A stretch of 63,300 nucleotides of DNA from an uncultured virus (IMG/VR IMGVR_UViG_3300008111_000027) (IMGVR_UViG_3300008111_000027:62001-125300); one strand, 5' to 3'. Positions 32,792 through 43,585 are shown, numbered from the stretch's first letter. Notes: generated from the sequence alone by a model not told the origin. Translations and numbers: made by a program.

Positions 32792-34567
32792 TTATCTTTT
32801 TTTACCAAATAACCAAGAATACTGTGCGTATTGTTCTTTTGTTGCATTGTTGTTGTGTCTTGGGACATTTGGGTCATTATCCATAGACATTGAACCTATT
32901 TGGTCAAATGCGGTACCATATGAATAAAAAGATTTATTTGGTTCATACGTCCTTTCAGATATTGTCCACGATTCTAACATCGCTTTATTTGCGTTTTCAT
33001 TTTTACTTAGTTGAGAGAAAGAAATGTCCCCAACATATAGAGCCATAGACATACTCATGATAGCATCATCGTGAGCTCCTTTCATGTGGTCTGGTCTACC
33101 ATTGATGTAAACAAATGTGTTTAATTCATTCATTAACCTTGCGGACCTAACCTGAAATCCTTTTCTTAATTGTTCTTCAAATGCCGCAACGATTTGAGTC
33201 CTCTTATTATTGAAATTAATACCGGGGATTTTCTCCATCGCTTTGGAATTATATTCCCAAATATTCTTTGTGTTGATACCATCAATATAGAGATTTTTGT
33301 AGTTCAATTCTTGTAGTTTTCTTGATGTTGCAACACCCATTCCACCAGTGATATCAACAACAATAAATGCTTCATAAAGAACACCCCATTTGTATGCGAC
33401 GGACGCCAAATCGTCAGGTGGTATTTTACCAATGTATTCAGCCACTTGTTCCCTCTCATCAAAGTCAATTATGTTTATTGATGAAAAGTCTTCACTATCC
33501 CCACGAGAAACATCAACACCCATTATGTATTTGTGTCCTTGAATTGGTTCTTTCCATTGCCAAAATGTTCCTTGCATGTATTTTTCCTTAGGGTCTCTCA
33601 ACATATTTTTTACAATATTGTCTTGAACATCTGAAGGAATTACACCATCACCTGAACCAAGAAAGTCACACTCTAATTCCTGTGCAATTTTTCTTCTATC
33701 AAATTTGAATTTTTTTGACATTGATTCAAACCAAGAAGATAAAGGTTTATAACCTTCTTCTTCGTATTGTTTATAGTTTTGAATTTCAAAGTCGGTCATT
33801 ACAACTTCGTCATCATCGTATTGCTCTCTATTCAACATGTAATGGACTATATCACTACACTTAACCCATCTTAAATCTTTTGTGTATCTCGGGTCTTTAA
33901 ACCATCTTAAATCGGTAATATGAAAATCGTTTACACCTCTAATCGCTTGGTCGTAAACACCGTAATAAATTGGGTCAAAACCGTTTGGTGTCGAAATAAG
34001 AATAATCTTACCACCCGTAGATAGAGACGCCATAGATGCAGCCCAAAAGTCTTCACCGGCTTCAATGTACGCAGCTTCGTCAAATACAAGTATAGTTGGT
34101 GTATAACCACGTAACGCATCCGCAGAAGTTGCTACAGCTTTTACCTCACATCCATTGTTTAATCTAAATCTACTTTCTGAGTTTTTATCGGGTGAAAACC
34201 CAACATTAATCCAATCAGGCCATTGGTCTAAGAAATTTCTAATCTTATTAGCCATTTCTACCGCAGTATCTTTTTTGTTCGCAATAACAAGAACCCTTTC
34301 AGGATTTTCAGGTTTTGCTAATTGTAACTTTTTAGAAATCCAAGCCGCGGTAACAGTTGTTACACCTGCCTGTCTATACTTTCTTGTGATATTTTCATTG
34401 TACGATTCGTAGTCTTTTAACAATTGAATTTGGTCAGGAAAAAGTTCTAACGGGACGTATCTTTTCTGAGTGTTATCGTAAGTCTGTAGATATGTTCTTA
34501 AAGCATATGGTGTATCTTTTAAAATACGGGCATACTCTTTTAATTGTTCTATTTTTTGATTACTCAT
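32792..34567 (-). CDS. terminase large subunit (gp17-like)
   Basis: RQAGVTT, LVFDEAA, ISTPNG, QELECDF, GVDVSRG, HDDAIM. Confidence 0.95.
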   Translation of the reverse strand: MSNQKIEQLKEYARILKDTPYALRTYLQTYDNTQKRYVPLELFPDQIQLLKDYESYNENITRKYRQAGVTTVTAAWISKKLQLAKPENPERVLVIANKKDTAVEMANKIRNFLDQWPDWINVGFSPDKNSESRFRLNNGCEVKAVATSADALRGYTPTILVFDEAAYIEAGEDFWAASMASLSTGGKIILISTPNGFDPIYYGVYDQAIRGVNDFHITDLRWFKDPRYTKDLRWVKCSDIVHYMLNREQYDDDEVVMTDFEIQNYKQYEEEGYKPLSSWFESMSKKFKFDRRKIAQELECDFLGSGDGVIPSDVQDNIVKNMLRDPKEKYMQGTFWQWKEPIQGHKYIMGVDVSRGDSEDFSSINIIDFDEREQVAEYIGKIPPDDLASVAYKWGVLYEAFIVVDITGGMGVATSRKLQELNYKNLYIDGINTKNIWEYNSKAMEKIPGINFNNKRTQIVAAFEEQLRKGFQVRSARLMNELNTFVYINGRPDHMKGAHDDAIMSMSMALYVGDISFSQLSKNENANKAMLESWTISERTYEPNKSFYSYGTAFDQIGSMSMDNDPNVPRHNNNATKEQYAQYSWLFGKKR

Positions 34568-34580
34568 ATATATAAATATG

Positions 34581-34606
34581 AAAAAGGGTGGTTAAAAACC
34601 ACCCTT
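34581..34606. terminator. intrinsic terminator
   Basis: AAAAAGGGTGGTT AA AACCACCCTT hairpin. Confidence 0.7.
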
Positions 34607-34613
34607 AAAACTT

Positions 34614-36053
34614 TTATACCGTAGGACCTTGTGGACCATCGTCATCCGATAATCGTATACCAATATCTCCTAAGAAATCTCTTAAATCATCATCATCTAT
34701 TTTATCGGTAACTTGTTCCAATTCTTGGTTAAATCTATTAATTGCTTCGTTATAATCTTTGTCTTGTAACATTTGACTAATTCCTTGAAGTAAAACACCC
34801 ATTAATCTTTTACCTTCACGAGAACCCGATACAACTTCTTTAGTGAAAACCAAGAACTCTTTTGCTGGTAATCTAAAAATACTTGTGATTAGGTAGTTTT
34901 GAAGATAATATGACTCTTCCTCATTAAAAATTTCATCGGGAAATTGTTGTCTGATTCTATCATAAATGGCGGGACCTAATCTTAAATCCCAAACCTCTTT
35001 TTCAAGAGTATCTTCCGATTGTTCAATTTCAGCGAATCTTGGGTCTTCTTTACCCTCATCATCTTTTGGTCTTCCTTGAATACCGAATAATTCATAAGTA
35101 CCCTTAATTAATTCATGTACTAAAATTGGAAAATTTACCGCTTCTACATAAACTGTTGGTGGTGTTGTACTACGTTTAACTTGTTCTTTTCCACCCATAC
35201 CAGCACCCCCCATCATACCTTTCATTTGATTATCACTTAATTGCCAATATAATGTGTCATTTATTGACATTAAAATACCATAGTTATTAACTATATTATT
35301 AGAACCAGTAATTTCTGCGAGTTTATCCGCGACGTATGAATACATGTAGTGACCTTTTTTTGATACACCTTGAATCATCGCGTTAATCATCCTTCTCTTA
35401 GCTTTTTCAAAATCCATTTTTTCCAAATCGGTTGCTAAATCCTTCTCAACATCAACAGGGTCGATGTTTGGTTGATTTTGCATTTCTCGGTTAAAACCTT
35501 CAGGATTTACTTGACCTTGACTAACAAGTTTGGCGTCGTATTGTATTTTATATTTTTTACTACCGTCGGGTAATCTATAAAAAACTTTATAAATTCCATT
35601 ATCAAATTCAATTCCTCCATTGTCACCCTCACTTAAGGTTGCAATTTCTTTTCTTGATAAAACAGGTATCTCATCAACAGCCAATTTAACACCTAATGCG
35701 ATTAATTCGGGTCTATGGTTTTGTTCTGTTTGAACAATTTCATTATGTGCCGTCATCATCATCTGAACCAACGGCATAATTCCGCCTTCATCATCTGTTA
35801 ATCTAACATTAGAACCTGTAAGTTCCCTTAATCTCGCAACAACTTGTCTATATCTTTCGGAGGCTAATAATTCCTGAAAGTTTTTATTAGGTTCTTGACC
35901 TGATTGAGGTAGTGGGACTTTCTTAAGAGGAGTATCACCTGTGGATAGTGCCCTTTGTATGTCTATATTCGGTCTATCTTCCGAATCAAAATCCATTGGC
36001 ATTTCGTTAATATCTTCCAGTAAAGATATTAAATCTTTCTTTTTGAATTTCAT
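34614..36053 (-). CDS. hypothetical protein with HExxK motif
   Basis: KRRMINAMIQG, FPILVHELIKG, WDLRLGP. Confidence 0.7.
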   Translation of the reverse strand: MKFKKKDLISLLEDINEMPMDFDSEDRPNIDIQRALSTGDTPLKKVPLPQSGQEPNKNFQELLASERYRQVVARLRELTGSNVRLTDDEGGIMPLVQMMMTAHNEIVQTEQNHRPELIALGVKLAVDEIPVLSRKEIATLSEGDNGGIEFDNGIYKVFYRLPDGSKKYKIQYDAKLVSQGQVNPEGFNREMQNQPNIDPVDVEKDLATDLEKMDFEKAKRRMINAMIQGVSKKGHYMYSYVADKLAEITGSNNIVNNYGILMSINDTLYWQLSDNQMKGMMGGAGMGGKEQVKRSTTPPTVYVEAVNFPILVHELIKGTYELFGIQGRPKDDEGKEDPRFAEIEQSEDTLEKEVWDLRLGPAIYDRIRQQFPDEIFNEEESYYLQNYLITSIFRLPAKEFLVFTKEVVSGSREGKRLMGVLLQGISQMLQDKDYNEAINRFNQELEQVTDKIDDDDLRDFLGDIGIRLSDDDGPQGPTV

Positions 36054-36655
36054 TTTTTGATTTTTTTCTTTTCGGCTAACGCCTTTGGTTTAGTATCGGG
36101 ACCTGGTTGTGGTTCAAACGGGTCAAATGGTTCGTCTTCTTGAGGTCTTGTTGGTGTTTTTGGTTTTGTTGGGGTTTCAACAGGTGTTTCAACAGGTGCG
36201 GGTTGCGCTGCGGCCATGATAGAATCATATGTCATAAACTCAGGTACACCATTGTGACCTTTTTTTGCTTTAGTTTTTGGCATAGGTTGGAACGTTGTTT
36301 CTATTTTCTCACTAATAATACTCATGATATCGTTTTTAGATGTGAATTGTGAATATTTTGATTCAGCTAAATCTAACACCCACTCTTCAATTTCATTAAC
36401 GTCTTGATGTTTCTTATCCTTACACTTACAGTTTTTCATACCACATTTTGGACAAACTTTTGATTCGTAAGTTTCAATAGTTTTACCAGCGGCTTTAGCT
36501 GCTGCAATATCTTTTAAATTATCTTTTTTAATCATAACAGCTTCTTTAAGAACTGTTTTTGATAGGGTAGATAATTCGTTATCATTTAAACGAGAAAGAG
36601 TTCTCTCTGAAAACCCTTCTATTATTAATTTTTCAATGATTAATTTTCTATTCAT
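36050..36655 (-). CDS. hypothetical protein
   Basis: ORF with CPKCGMKNCKC. Confidence 0.7.
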   Translation of the reverse strand: MNRKLIIEKLIIEGFSERTLSRLNDNELSTLSKTVLKEAVMIKKDNLKDIAAAKAAGKTIETYESKVCPKCGMKNCKCKDKKHQDVNEIEEWVLDLAESKYSQFTSKNDIMSIISEKIETTFQPMPKTKAKKGHNGVPEFMTYDSIMAAAQPAPVETPVETPTKPKTPTRPQEDEPFDPFEPQPGPDTKPKALAEKKKIKK

Positions 36656-37053
36656 GATTCTTTGAATTTTATTGATTTTTTTTCAAGGGATATTCCCCTT
36701 TCTTTTAATTTTTTTGAAACGTTTTCATATGATTCACCAAATCGAAAAAACAATCTGTCTTCTTCTAAATCAAAATTAGATTTTTCCCAAGCCATGGCTA
36801 TTATACCGTCCACAGCATCAATAACACCGAAATAGTCTGAATTTTGTATTAATTCAAAAACTATATCGGTGTCTTGAAGGAGACCTACTTGGTCTATATA
36901 TTCTATGTTTGGTGATTTAGATGTTGAGGTCGATGATGCGGGTACGTCAAACCATTCGTCCATGTCTATTTCAGTTGATTCACTAAAGATGAATTCATAC
37001 TGTTTTTGACCCTTATAATCGGTTCCGATTTCGTTGACATAGATAAGACGCAT
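36652..37053 (-). CDS. hypothetical protein
   Basis: ORF coupled to neighbours. Confidence 0.7.
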   Translation of the reverse strand: MRLIYVNEIGTDYKGQKQYEFIFSESTEIDMDEWFDVPASSTSTSKSPNIEYIDQVGLLQDTDIVFELIQNSDYFGVIDAVDGIIAMAWEKSNFDLEEDRLFFRFGESYENVSKKLKERGISLEKKSIKFKES

Positions 37054-37054
37054 T

Positions 37055-38092
37055 TTACTTAAAGTATTTACCTAAAGTATCAGATATAGTTTTGTTGATT
37101 TCTTTTTTTATTTCATCTAAATCAATTTCTTTAACATCATCACCACCCAAATCTGCGTATTTAGATAAATCAATTTCTTCATCGGTTGACATTGGTGTGT
37201 TTATAAAACTTTCCAATTTGTCCATTGCGTGCATTTCACCTAAATCATCATCTGCGGTTGGTTCAGCTGGTGTTGTTTCATCATCAGAAGGAACGTCAGA
37301 CATATCATCAGAAGGTTCGTCAGATAACGCAACATCATCTTCTATGTCTCTATCAAATTTTTTACCAATTTCTTCAATATCATCATCTTCTAATTTGTCT
37401 AAATCAACAGCCGAGATAATCATGTTAAGTACGTATTTAATATCGTCACTTTCCATTTTATCTTTTTGGTCTCTCAATTCTTGACCCAATTTTCCAGCAA
37501 ATTTTTGGATTTCGGCCATATAATCAGAAGGTTTACCTGATTCATCAGATGGTAAATCATCACCCATTTCATCTCCTTCAGGTGACATCGGAACATCCCC
37601 TTCAGGTGCCATCGGAACATCACCACCCATTTCGGGTGATGGTGGTACGTCACCCTCAGGAGCTACGGGAGCTGGCGGAACCTCACCCATTTCTGGTGAT
37701 GGAACAGGAGCTTCGTTAGCGGGTTCTGAAGTTGGTTTTTGTTTTAAAACGTACTTAGTCGCTTCATTTAATTCACCTCCCGATAATAACTCTAATCTTT
37801 TTAGTGCTTCAGCATATGAATTAAATCTGTTTTTATTTTTCATGAAAAGACCACCAATGTAGTCTAATGAATTTTCGTTTAAACCTTTTTTTACGTAGTA
37901 TCCATCTTTTTCTCTTACAATACCAAATCTGAAACCACTTACGGATTCAGAAAGATATTCAGTTTTAGATACTGGTGATTGGTTAGGGGTAGATGATTTT
38001 TTATCATTACCGTAATAGGTCAACTCGAGGATACGTCTTAGTTTGTCGTCTCCGTTAAGTTTTTCGCTTCCTAATGGTTTTAAATCTGCCAT
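37055..38092 (-). CDS. acidic hypothetical protein (possibly head-associated)
   Basis: ORF; Pro/Glu/Asp-rich; late-promoter motif 38130-38137. Confidence 0.7.
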   Translation of the reverse strand: MADLKPLGSEKLNGDDKLRRILELTYYGNDKKSSTPNQSPVSKTEYLSESVSGFRFGIVREKDGYYVKKGLNENSLDYIGGLFMKNKNRFNSYAEALKRLELLSGGELNEATKYVLKQKPTSEPANEAPVPSPEMGEVPPAPVAPEGDVPPSPEMGGDVPMAPEGDVPMSPEGDEMGDDLPSDESGKPSDYMAEIQKFAGKLGQELRDQKDKMESDDIKYVLNMIISAVDLDKLEDDDIEEIGKKFDRDIEDDVALSDEPSDDMSDVPSDDETTPAEPTADDDLGEMHAMDKLESFINTPMSTDEEIDLSKYADLGGDDVKEIDLDEIKKEINKTISDTLGKYFK

Positions 38093-38166
38093 TTCTTTAA
38101 ATGTTGATAATTATATTATTCTTGTATCCTATAAATACATGCATATAGATAAAAAATTTATTGTTT

Positions 38167-38955
38167 CTATTGCGGTAAGGACAATTTTTTATTTCGTATT
38201 GAACTTTTGATATTAAAAAGTTTTTCGATAAACCCATTTCTTCTTAATAATTTGAAGGTTAAATTTTCATAAGAATACTCACCTCCTTTTTCTAATCCCG
38301 ACTGTCTGAATTTTTTAAGTTTATCTTTTAGGGTTTTTATTTCTTTTGAAACGTCTTGACCTTTGTTGTTTAAGTCTTCTAAACGTTCTACCTCTTTCGC
38401 ATATTCTTCAGACTTTTCTAAAATTTTCTTCTCATCTATATCGAAAGCCGACTCAATTTTTTTAGGTTCAACAATCCATTCGTTATTTAAAATTGAATAA
38501 ACACCCGTAGCAACATATTTGTCATCTACGTCTTGAACGTACATTTCGACCTCGTATCCTTTTATTTTAATGTCTGTGGTTTCATTCCACAATCTTCTTT
38601 TGACATCAAAAAACTCTTGCACAATTTGATGATAAACGACCAAGTCTTTGTTTTCGGACTCATCAAATTCGTCATAATCGATTAATATGTGAATATCAAC
38701 GTCTGAATATTCAGACCAATTATAGTTTGCTAATGAACCAATAAAAATAATATCGTAAATGAAAAAATTAACTCCAACAAAGTCAATAAATTCTTCTGTT
38801 ATTTCTAACATTTTTTTTCTGACTTCAGAATTTAAAATAGATTTACCATTATTAATATCAAAGATATTTTTTGGTAATGTCTCTTTTGGAACAAAAGACT
38901 TTACAATCTCTTGGTCCTTTTCCATATCTTCAATTATTTCATCAATTACACTCAT
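38167..38955 (-). CDS. nucleotidyltransferase (Pol beta-like fold)
   Basis: GSLANYNWSEYSDVDIHI (GS...DxD) and VEMYVQD. Confidence 0.75.
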   Translation of the reverse strand: MSVIDEIIEDMEKDQEIVKSFVPKETLPKNIFDINNGKSILNSEVRKKMLEITEEFIDFVGVNFFIYDIIFIGSLANYNWSEYSDVDIHILIDYDEFDESENKDLVVYHQIVQEFFDVKRRLWNETTDIKIKGYEVEMYVQDVDDKYVATGVYSILNNEWIVEPKKIESAFDIDEKKILEKSEEYAKEVERLEDLNNKGQDVSKEIKTLKDKLKKFRQSGLEKGGEYSYENLTFKLLRRNGFIEKLFNIKSSIRNKKLSLPQ

Positions 38956-39197
38956 TTGATTTTTTTATATTTGTACGTTCTCGATATATTCGAATTAAAA
39001 AATTTACCTTGAGATTCCGATTTTTTAAAATTTTCAAAAATCTCTAGCGGCACATTTTCATACTCATAAATAGAGCCATTATTAAATTCAATCGATAAAT
39101 GGTTTTCAGAGGAATTATAAATCGCTCGATTCAGATTTGATGATGAAACCACAACCTCTGTAATGTTACCTTCTGTTTTTTCTAAAATAATTGACAT
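38952..39197 (-). CDS. KTSC domain protein
   Basis: SSNL....Y......L.IEF.NG..YEY.NVP.......S.GKFFN.NI. Confidence 0.85.
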   Translation of the reverse strand: MSIILEKTEGNITEVVVSSSNLNRAIYNSSENHLSIEFNNGSIYEYENVPLEIFENFKKSESQGKFFNSNISRTYKYKKIK

Positions 39198-39368
39198 AAT
39201 TTTTTTTTAGATATTAGTATACATAATAAATATCAAATAAAAAACCCCTTGTAGGGGTGTCATTTTTTATTTATGTTTGTAGAAACTGATATTCCTAAAA
39301 ACAACTTCTCGGAGTCAACATTTGTTTTTACGGGATTCTTTTTGTATACTTAAAGAAAATTATTTCGT

Positions 39369-41387
39369 ATGTCAGTAGATTTTTTCGAAGAAGGAAACAC
39401 AACCAACCCAAAGAAAACAAGGAAGGGTTCAACCACCCCTATCCTTGATAACTTTTCAAGAGATTTGAATAAAATGGTTGAAGAGGGTAAAGTAGACCCC
39501 GTTATAGGTCGAGATAGTGAGGTCAAGAGAATTGCACAGATATTATCTCGAAAAAAGAAAAACAACGTAGTAATAGTTGGTGATGCGGGTGTTGGTAAAT
39601 CAGCGTTGGTTGAAAAATTAGCACAAATGATTGTCAAGGGAGATTGTCCATCAAATCTTTTAGATAAGAGAATAGTCTCGTTAGATTTAACATCCTTAGT
39701 TGCTGGCACGAAATATAGAGGACAGTTTGAAGAAAGGATTAAAGCTATTCTAAATGAATTACAGAACGAACCAAACGTAATTGTATTCATAGATGAGATT
39801 CACACTATGGTTGGAGCGGGTAATGCTAGTGGTTCAATGGATGCTGCTAATATTATGAAACCCGCTTTAGCAAGGGGTGAAATTCAATGTATTGGTGCAA
39901 CAACATTTGACGAATTTAAAAAACATATCGAAAAAGATGGTGCGTTGGTTCGTAGATTCCAAAAGATAATCCTTAAAGAACCAACTAAAGAAGAAACCGT
40001 ACAAATTCTAAATAACCTAAGAGATTCTTATCAAAACTTCCATAAAGTTTTTTACGAACCGGAAGTTTTTGAAACTATTGTTAGTCTCTCATCTAGATTT
40101 ATCACGGACCGTCAGTTCCCCGATAAGGCGATTGACGTAATGGACGAATTAGGTTCTGATAAAAAAATCAACACAAAGATTCCCGAAATTATTGAAAAAC
40201 TTAAAAAGGAATCTGATGATTTGAAGGATAAAAAAATACAAGTCGTTAAAAGTCAAAACTACGAACAGGCAGCTAAGTTACGTGATGAAGAAAGAAAGTT
40301 ATTAAGTAAGTTAGATGAAGAGAAAAAGAAATGGTTAGATAAACAAAAAGACAATAAAACACCAGTAACAATTGCTGATGTTTACGAGATAATATCACAA
40401 ATAACTGGAGTACCTCTTTCTAAAATTGATGACAGAGAAACAACAAATCTATTAAATTTAGAAGAAAAATTAAAATCTAAAGTGATTGGACAGGACGAGG
40501 CAATATCAATCATCTCTAAAGCCATTAGAAGAAATAGAGTTGGTATCAAAGATACCAATAAACCAATCGGTTCTTTTATTTTCTTAGGTTCAACAGGTGT
40601 TGGTAAAACGTATCTCGCTAAAAGTATCGCCGAACTACTTTTTGGGGATGCTGAAAAAGTAATTCGTGTTGACATGAGTGAGTACATGGAAAAACACAAT
40701 GTTGCTAAATTAATCGGGTCACCTCCAGGATATGTTGGTTATGATGAAGGTGGACAACTCACTGAAAAAATCAAAAATAATCCATTCTCAGTAGTTCTAT
40801 TTGATGAGGTTGAAAAAGCACATAAAGATGTGTTCAACATTCTACTTCAAATATTGGATGAGGGGCACTTGACAGATTCTTTTGGAAGAAAAGTGAATTT
40901 TACCAACACTATTGTGATTATGACATCTAACATCGGTGCTAAAAAAGTATCCGAATTCGGTAAGGGTGTTGGGTTTAGTTCGTCGTCATCAACGTCTCAA
41001 AACTATGAAGTCAAAAAGTCAATTGTTCAAAAATCACTCAAACAACATTTTAATCCTGAGTTTTTAAATCGAGTAGATGATATAATCAGTTTTAATTCTT
41101 TAGATAAAGATGTGATTAAAAAGATTATTGAGATTGAATTGAATAAATTAGTAATCCGACTTAAAGAAAAGAATTTTAAAGTTTCTTTTGATAAAACAAT
41201 TGTAGAAAGGATATCTGAATTGAATACACAAGAAGATTTTGGTGCGAGACCTATTAAAAGAATTATCCAAAATATGTGTGAAGATTATTTAAGTGATTCA
41301 ATTTTAAGAGGTGAAATCAAAGAAAACGAAACAATTAATTTGAAAATTAAAGACGGAGAAATAAAAATTTTTAAAAAAAAGGGGTAA
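39369..41387 (+). CDS. clpC: ClpC-like Clp/Hsp100 ATPase lacking the N-terminal domain
   Basis: two AAA+ modules (GDAGVGKS, GSTGVGKT), UVR-like YEQAAKLRDEE, VGF loop, GARP. Confidence 0.88.
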   Translation: MSVDFFEEGNTTNPKKTRKGSTTPILDNFSRDLNKMVEEGKVDPVIGRDSEVKRIAQILSRKKKNNVVIVGDAGVGKSALVEKLAQMIVKGDCPSNLLDKRIVSLDLTSLVAGTKYRGQFEERIKAILNELQNEPNVIVFIDEIHTMVGAGNASGSMDAANIMKPALARGEIQCIGATTFDEFKKHIEKDGALVRRFQKIILKEPTKEETVQILNNLRDSYQNFHKVFYEPEVFETIVSLSSRFITDRQFPDKAIDVMDELGSDKKINTKIPEIIEKLKKESDDLKDKKIQVVKSQNYEQAAKLRDEERKLLSKLDEEKKKWLDKQKDNKTPVTIADVYEIISQITGVPLSKIDDRETTNLLNLEEKLKSKVIGQDEAISIISKAIRRNRVGIKDTNKPIGSFIFLGSTGVGKTYLAKSIAELLFGDAEKVIRVDMSEYMEKHNVAKLIGSPPGYVGYDEGGQLTEKIKNNPFSVVLFDEVEKAHKDVFNILLQILDEGHLTDSFGRKVNFTNTIVIMTSNIGAKKVSEFGKGVGFSSSSSTSQNYEVKKSIVQKSLKQHFNPEFLNRVDDIISFNSLDKDVIKKIIEIELNKLVIRLKEKNFKVSFDKTIVERISELNTQEDFGARPIKRIIQNMCEDYLSDSILRGEIKENETINLKIKDGEIKIFKKKG

Positions 41388-41427
41388 ATATTCAGACTTT
41401 TTAAAAAAACATATATATTTATATTCA

Positions 41428-41523
41428 CACAGGATATCTTTGCCGATTTCCTCTCGTTTTATAGTCCGTGGTGTTGAATCCACAAAATGACCGCAAACCC
41501 CCGACTCACCGTTGGGGGTTTTT
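41428..41523 (+). ncRNA. candidate standalone small RNA
   Basis: promoter motifs 41416-41423 and 41435-41442, no ORF, ends in AACCCCCGAC/GTTGGGGGTT-U terminator. Confidence 0.35.
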
Positions 41524-41579
41524 ATTTTTTTTGGTATTCTAAAAATTAATACGTATATTTGTGATAAATCTAATTTATC

Positions 41580-41993
41580 ATGGAATATACAAAAGATTTG
41601 ATTTTAGTGAGAGGGTTACCTGGTTCGGGTAAATCTACTTTAGGGGAGATAATTTTATACACTCCAAATAACCCGTTGAAACCATTGTCTGCGGACGATT
41701 ACTTTACAGATAAAGAGGGTAATTATAATTTCGACCCAACAAAATTAAGGGAAGCACATAATGATTGTCAACAAAGATGTGCCAATTTAATGATGAATAG
41801 TGTTGTTAGGGTTGTTGTTTCAAACACTTTTACACAAGAATGGGAAATGGAGCCATATTTTGAAATGGCTAAAAGATATGGTTACAGAGTTCACACTATT
41901 GTGGTTGAAAACAGACACGGTGGTGAGAACATACATGGAGTTCCTGAAGACAAATTAGAGATTATGAAAAATCGTTTTGAAATTAAGTTGTGA
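41580..41993 (+). CDS. P-loop kinase (AAA_33 / polynucleotide kinase-like)
   Basis: LVRGLPGSGKST, SADDYF, VVVSNTF, HGVP. Confidence 0.85.
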   Translation: MEYTKDLILVRGLPGSGKSTLGEIILYTPNNPLKPLSADDYFTDKEGNYNFDPTKLREAHNDCQQRCANLMMNSVVRVVVSNTFTQEWEMEPYFEMAKRYGYRVHTIVVENRHGGENIHGVPEDKLEIMKNRFEIKL

Positions 41994-43075
41994 TTGAAGT
42001 TTTAGAGAGATATCATAAGGATGGTTTGTTAATGAAACAAACTCACCCAACCAAAGATTTGTACATATGGAATTACACACCAAGAGTACAATATGAATCT
42101 TTGTGGGATGATATTACTATGCAATGTCGTGGTCTTATTACAACCCATTCAGGAGAAGTAATATCAAAACCATTTGGTAAATTTTTCAACTACGAAGAGG
42201 TTATTGATAAAAATTTAATTCCTTGGGATAGTGAGTATACTCACATCCAAGATAAAATGGATGGTTCTCTTGGAATCCTTTTCTTTTATGATGGTGAATG
42301 GATTATGTCAACAAGAGGTTCTTTTACCTCGGAACAATCCATTCGTGGTTTAGAAATTCTTAAATCAAAATATGATTTAAGTAAATTCATGAAGGAAGTT
42401 ACCTATTTATGTGAAATTATTTATCCCGAAAATAGGATAGTAGTGAACTATGGTTGTGATAAGATTACCTTTTTATCTGTAACAACACCCATAGGAGAAT
42501 TAAACTGGCACACCGCTCGAGCAATTTTTCATTCATCGGATATTGAAGAGAAAGATATTGTCGATAGCACTATGGTAACCTTCAACAAGGAAACATTTGA
42601 CAACTATAAAAAACTAAACACCCCAAATAGTGAAGGGTTTGTTATTCGTTTCTACCCATCGAACTTTAGAATGAAAATAAAATTCGAAGAGTATGTTCGT
42701 TTACATAGAATACTAACTAATGTGTCAAGTAGAGATATTTGGGAATATCTTAAAGAAGATAAACCATTTGATGAGTTACTTGAGAAGGTACCAGATGAAT
42801 TTAATAGTTGGGTGAAAGAAACGGTAAAGGACTTTGTGATTCGATTTGAAAATATCGAAAAGGAATATAAATGGATATTCAACAAAATTCGTAACGTTTA
42901 TTTTGAATCATACCAAAAAGAATTTACCCGAGCGGAGTTTGCTGAATTAGCTAAAAGATATTCCCACCCTTCAATACTGTTTAATATGTTGGATGGTAAA
43001 TCATATAAAAATATAATATGGAAAATATTATATCCACCATATTCAAAACCATTTAAAAAAGATGAAGAGAATTAG
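41990..43075 (+). CDS. RNA ligase, T4 Rnl1-like
   Basis: CRGLI, KFFN, KMDGSLG, TRGSF, EIIYP.NRIVV.Y, EGFV, KIKF..Y. Confidence 0.9.
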   Translation: MIEVLERYHKDGLLMKQTHPTKDLYIWNYTPRVQYESLWDDITMQCRGLITTHSGEVISKPFGKFFNYEEVIDKNLIPWDSEYTHIQDKMDGSLGILFFYDGEWIMSTRGSFTSEQSIRGLEILKSKYDLSKFMKEVTYLCEIIYPENRIVVNYGCDKITFLSVTTPIGELNWHTARAIFHSSDIEEKDIVDSTMVTFNKETFDNYKKLNTPNSEGFVIRFYPSNFRMKIKFEEYVRLHRILTNVSSRDIWEYLKEDKPFDELLEKVPDEFNSWVKETVKDFVIRFENIEKEYKWIFNKIRNVYFESYQKEFTRAEFAELAKRYSHPSILFNMLDGKSYKNIIWKILYPPYSKPFKKDEEN

Positions 43076-43502
43076 TAAGAAAAATCATACAATGAAAAAA
43101 AGAATTTATTTAGATGACGTTAGAACACCAGTACTAAAGGACGAATGGGTCATTGTTCGAACATATGAGGAGTTTGTTGAGAAAGTATCAGAAATTGGAT
43201 TGGAGAATATTAGTTTAATTTCTCTTGACCATGATTTAGGTGATACCGCAATGGCTGAATGGCATCGTAATGTTTATCATAATTACGAATTAGACTACAA
43301 CAACATCAAAGAAAAAACAGGTATGGATTGTACCAAGTGGTTAGTGGAACAATGGTTGGATGGTAAACCAGTTGTTGATGTTGTTATACATTCAGCTAAC
43401 GCGATTGGTAGTGCCAATATGATGGGTTACATCAACAATTACAGACACATCCATAGATTACCACAAAATTGTGTACGGGTTCAGATTGAACATACTGTAT
43501 AA
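43062..43502 (+). CDS. receiver-like domain (cyclic-phosphate-processing type, RNA-repair associated)
   Basis: IYLDDVR, SLDHDLG, TGMD, IHSAN; true start may be MKKRIYLDD. Confidence 0.75.
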   Translation: MKRISKKNHTMKKRIYLDDVRTPVLKDEWVIVRTYEEFVEKVSEIGLENISLISLDHDLGDTAMAEWHRNVYHNYELDYNNIKEKTGMDCTKWLVEQWLDGKPVVDVVIHSANAIGSANMMGYINNYRHIHRLPQNCVRVQIEHTV

Positions 43503-43585
43503 AATACTTTAAACAATTTGGGGTAAAGTTTGTTTATGTCGACTTTATTGTTCATATTTGTGATGAACCAATAATTAAATCGACA

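Noticed and set aside
1444..34567. Inteins or introns in polymerase, terminase or portal
   Set aside because: No intein splice motifs or ORF interruptions were seen.
39350..39790. 146-aa minus-strand ORF
   Set aside because: Typical antisense frame of a Clp ATPase gene.
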